DNA of 64,000 nucleotides from NCBI RefSeq assembly GCF_988243305.1, contig NZ_OZ547136.1; one strand, 5' to 3'. Shown piece by piece: positions 62,451 to 64,000 of this stretch (position 1 is its first letter; each line of letters starts with the position of its first letter). The notes under the pieces were generated by a model. It saw only the letters and a program-made list of their open reading frames with translations, ran no database searches and was not told where the DNA came from. The position numbers and the translations under genes were made by a program.

Positions 62451-63845
62451 TCAATATGCCGCTTTGTTAACGAAGCCTTTGAATACCGTCAGGAAAACGA
62501 TTTTGATATCGAACCAGACGCTCCATTCGCGGATGTACTCAAGGTCGAACTCGACGCGTTTTTCCATTTTCTCCAGCGTGTCGGTTTCGCCGCGCCAGCC
62601 GTTAATCTGCGCCCAGCCGGTAATGCCCGGTTTCACCTTATGACGCAGCATGTAGCCTTCAATGAGCTGTCGATACTGTTCGTTATGCGCCACCGCGTGC
62701 GGACGTGGACCGACAATCGACATCCCCCCGGTCAGCACATTGATAAACTGCGGCAATTCATCCAGCGAGGTGCGGCGCAGAAAGTTCCCCACTTTGGTGA
62801 CGCGCGGATCGTTCTGCGTCGCCTGGGTCACCACTTTGTCGTTCTCCATCACTTTCATGGAACGGAACTTCCACACTTTGATCGGCTTGCCATCCATGCC
62901 GTAGCGAGTCTGGCGGAAAATAACCGGCCCAGGTGAACTGAGTTTCACCGCCAGCGCAATGCAGCACAGCACCGGGGAGATCAGCAGCAGGATAAGCGTC
63001 GCCAGCACAATGTCTTCCGCACGTTTGAGCAGGCGGTTAACCCCGGAAAGCGGCGTGTCGTAAAGCGGCACCACCGGAACGCCGTTCATCTCTTCAAGAC
63101 GTGAATGGAGAATGTTGAAGGTAAAGACATCGGGGATCAGCAGCACCGAACAGGTGGTGTCCGCCAGTTGATGGACCAGTTTTTTCACTCGCGCGCCGTC
63201 GCACATTTGCATCGCGATATAGACGTTATGAATCTTGCCTGCTTTAGCATCCTCGACCAGCTGTTGCAGGTTACCCGCCCAGTCGTTAGAAACGCCGCCC
63301 GGTTTCGGGTCGTGGTAAACCCCCACCACTTCAAACCCTAACCACGGCTGATTACGGAAGCTCTCCATCAGCATTTGTCCGGCGGCTAAATCCCCCGCCA
63401 CCGCGACCATGCGCTTGTTATAGCCATGATTACGCAGCCAGCCCGCCCCAATGCGAATACACGAACGGCAAACCACCAGTCCGATGCTGGTCAGCCCATA
63501 CCACGCCAGCCAGATTTTCAGTTGCGTGTCGAAATCATTATTGAACGCCACCAGTCCGGCGCTGAAAATCACGCTTAACGTCCAGTTTTGTAGCAACAGG
63601 GCAAATTCTGTCGCTGCCCGAACACCGCGCCATGAGCGATAAAAATCGGTGATGCCGCCCAGCATCTGGAACACCACCAGCGTAATCAGCGCCACCAACA
63701 GGTGCATGTAGAGGAATGACAGTCCGCTGACTTCGCAAACCAGCCATAGCCCGGCAAACATGATGGTGATATCTGAAAAGCGTTGCACCATAGAGATTAA
63801 CGATGCATTGGTTTTCGCTCGCTCGCGCTTTTTTAGATTTGTCAT
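62451..63845 (-). CDS. wcaJ: UDP-glucose:undecaprenyl-phosphate glucose-1-phosphate transferase WcaJ
   Basis: 464-aa product with an N-terminal TM domain and C-terminal sugar-transferase domain (PGITGWAQINGWRG). Confidence 0.93.
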   Translation of the reverse strand: MTNLKKRERAKTNASLISMVQRFSDITIMFAGLWLVCEVSGLSFLYMHLLVALITLVVFQMLGGITDFYRSWRGVRAATEFALLLQNWTLSVIFSAGLVAFNNDFDTQLKIWLAWYGLTSIGLVVCRSCIRIGAGWLRNHGYNKRMVAVAGDLAAGQMLMESFRNQPWLGFEVVGVYHDPKPGGVSNDWAGNLQQLVEDAKAGKIHNVYIAMQMCDGARVKKLVHQLADTTCSVLLIPDVFTFNILHSRLEEMNGVPVVPLYDTPLSGVNRLLKRAEDIVLATLILLLISPVLCCIALAVKLSSPGPVIFRQTRYGMDGKPIKVWKFRSMKVMENDKVVTQATQNDPRVTKVGNFLRRTSLDELPQFINVLTGGMSIVGPRPHAVAHNEQYRQLIEGYMLRHKVKPGITGWAQINGWRGETDTLEKMEKRVEFDLEYIREWSVWFDIKIVFLTVFKGFVNKAAY

Positions 63846-63900
63846 CGTTGTTCCTGTTATTAGCCCCTTACCCGCAATGGGGTAAGGGAAGATCCGACAT

Positions 63901-64000
63901 TACTCATTCAGCAACGTCAGCAGAGTTCGCGTTCGCGCTTCCATCAGCGGCACATCACCGCGCGATTCCACATTCAACCGCACCACCGGTTCGGTGTTGG
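63901..64000 (-). CDS. cpsG: colanic-acid phosphomannomutase, 3' end only (truncated by the window edge)
   Basis: Stop codon at 63901-63903 on the minus strand; sequence nearly identical to the 3' region of the O-antigen manB at about 41.5 kb. Confidence 0.7.

Noticed and set aside
61043-62936. Plus-strand ORFs of 197-239 aa rich in His, Gln and Arg
   Set aside because: Antisense to wzxC and wcaJ; composition is a mirror artefact of the membrane-protein codons on the other strand

Overview
This window is an Escherichia coli chromosomal segment in the reverse of the K-12 map order, identified from the translated ORFs and gene order. It runs from a CP4-44-like genomic island, through the yeeX to yefM core genes and the complete his operon (hisLGDCBHAFI), to wzzB-ugd-gnd, a serogroup-specific low-GC O-antigen cluster, galF, gne and the distal colanic-acid genes. 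The island (1 to about 17.7 kb) carries alpA, a YagK/YfjJ-family gene, a DUF3987 gene, an intact yeeP GTPase, phase-variable flu (Ag43), a long yeeR, and the DUF932 / antirestriction / radC-like / yeeT / cbeA-cbtA / yeeW module. The O-antigen cluster (41.4 to 54.1 kb) has a GDP-L-fucose pathway, four glycosyltransferases, wzx and wzy. The most notable single feature is an IS621-like IS110-family insertion sequence that splits yeeA and should carry a bridge-RNA locus in its left end. I found no rRNA, tRNA or CRISPR array. All family assignments are from recognising the translated sequence by eye; no database search was run. ORF coordinates follow the supplied track, with starts moved to the most plausible initiation codon. 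Coordinates of non-ORF features were counted by hand and may be off by 1-2 bp.
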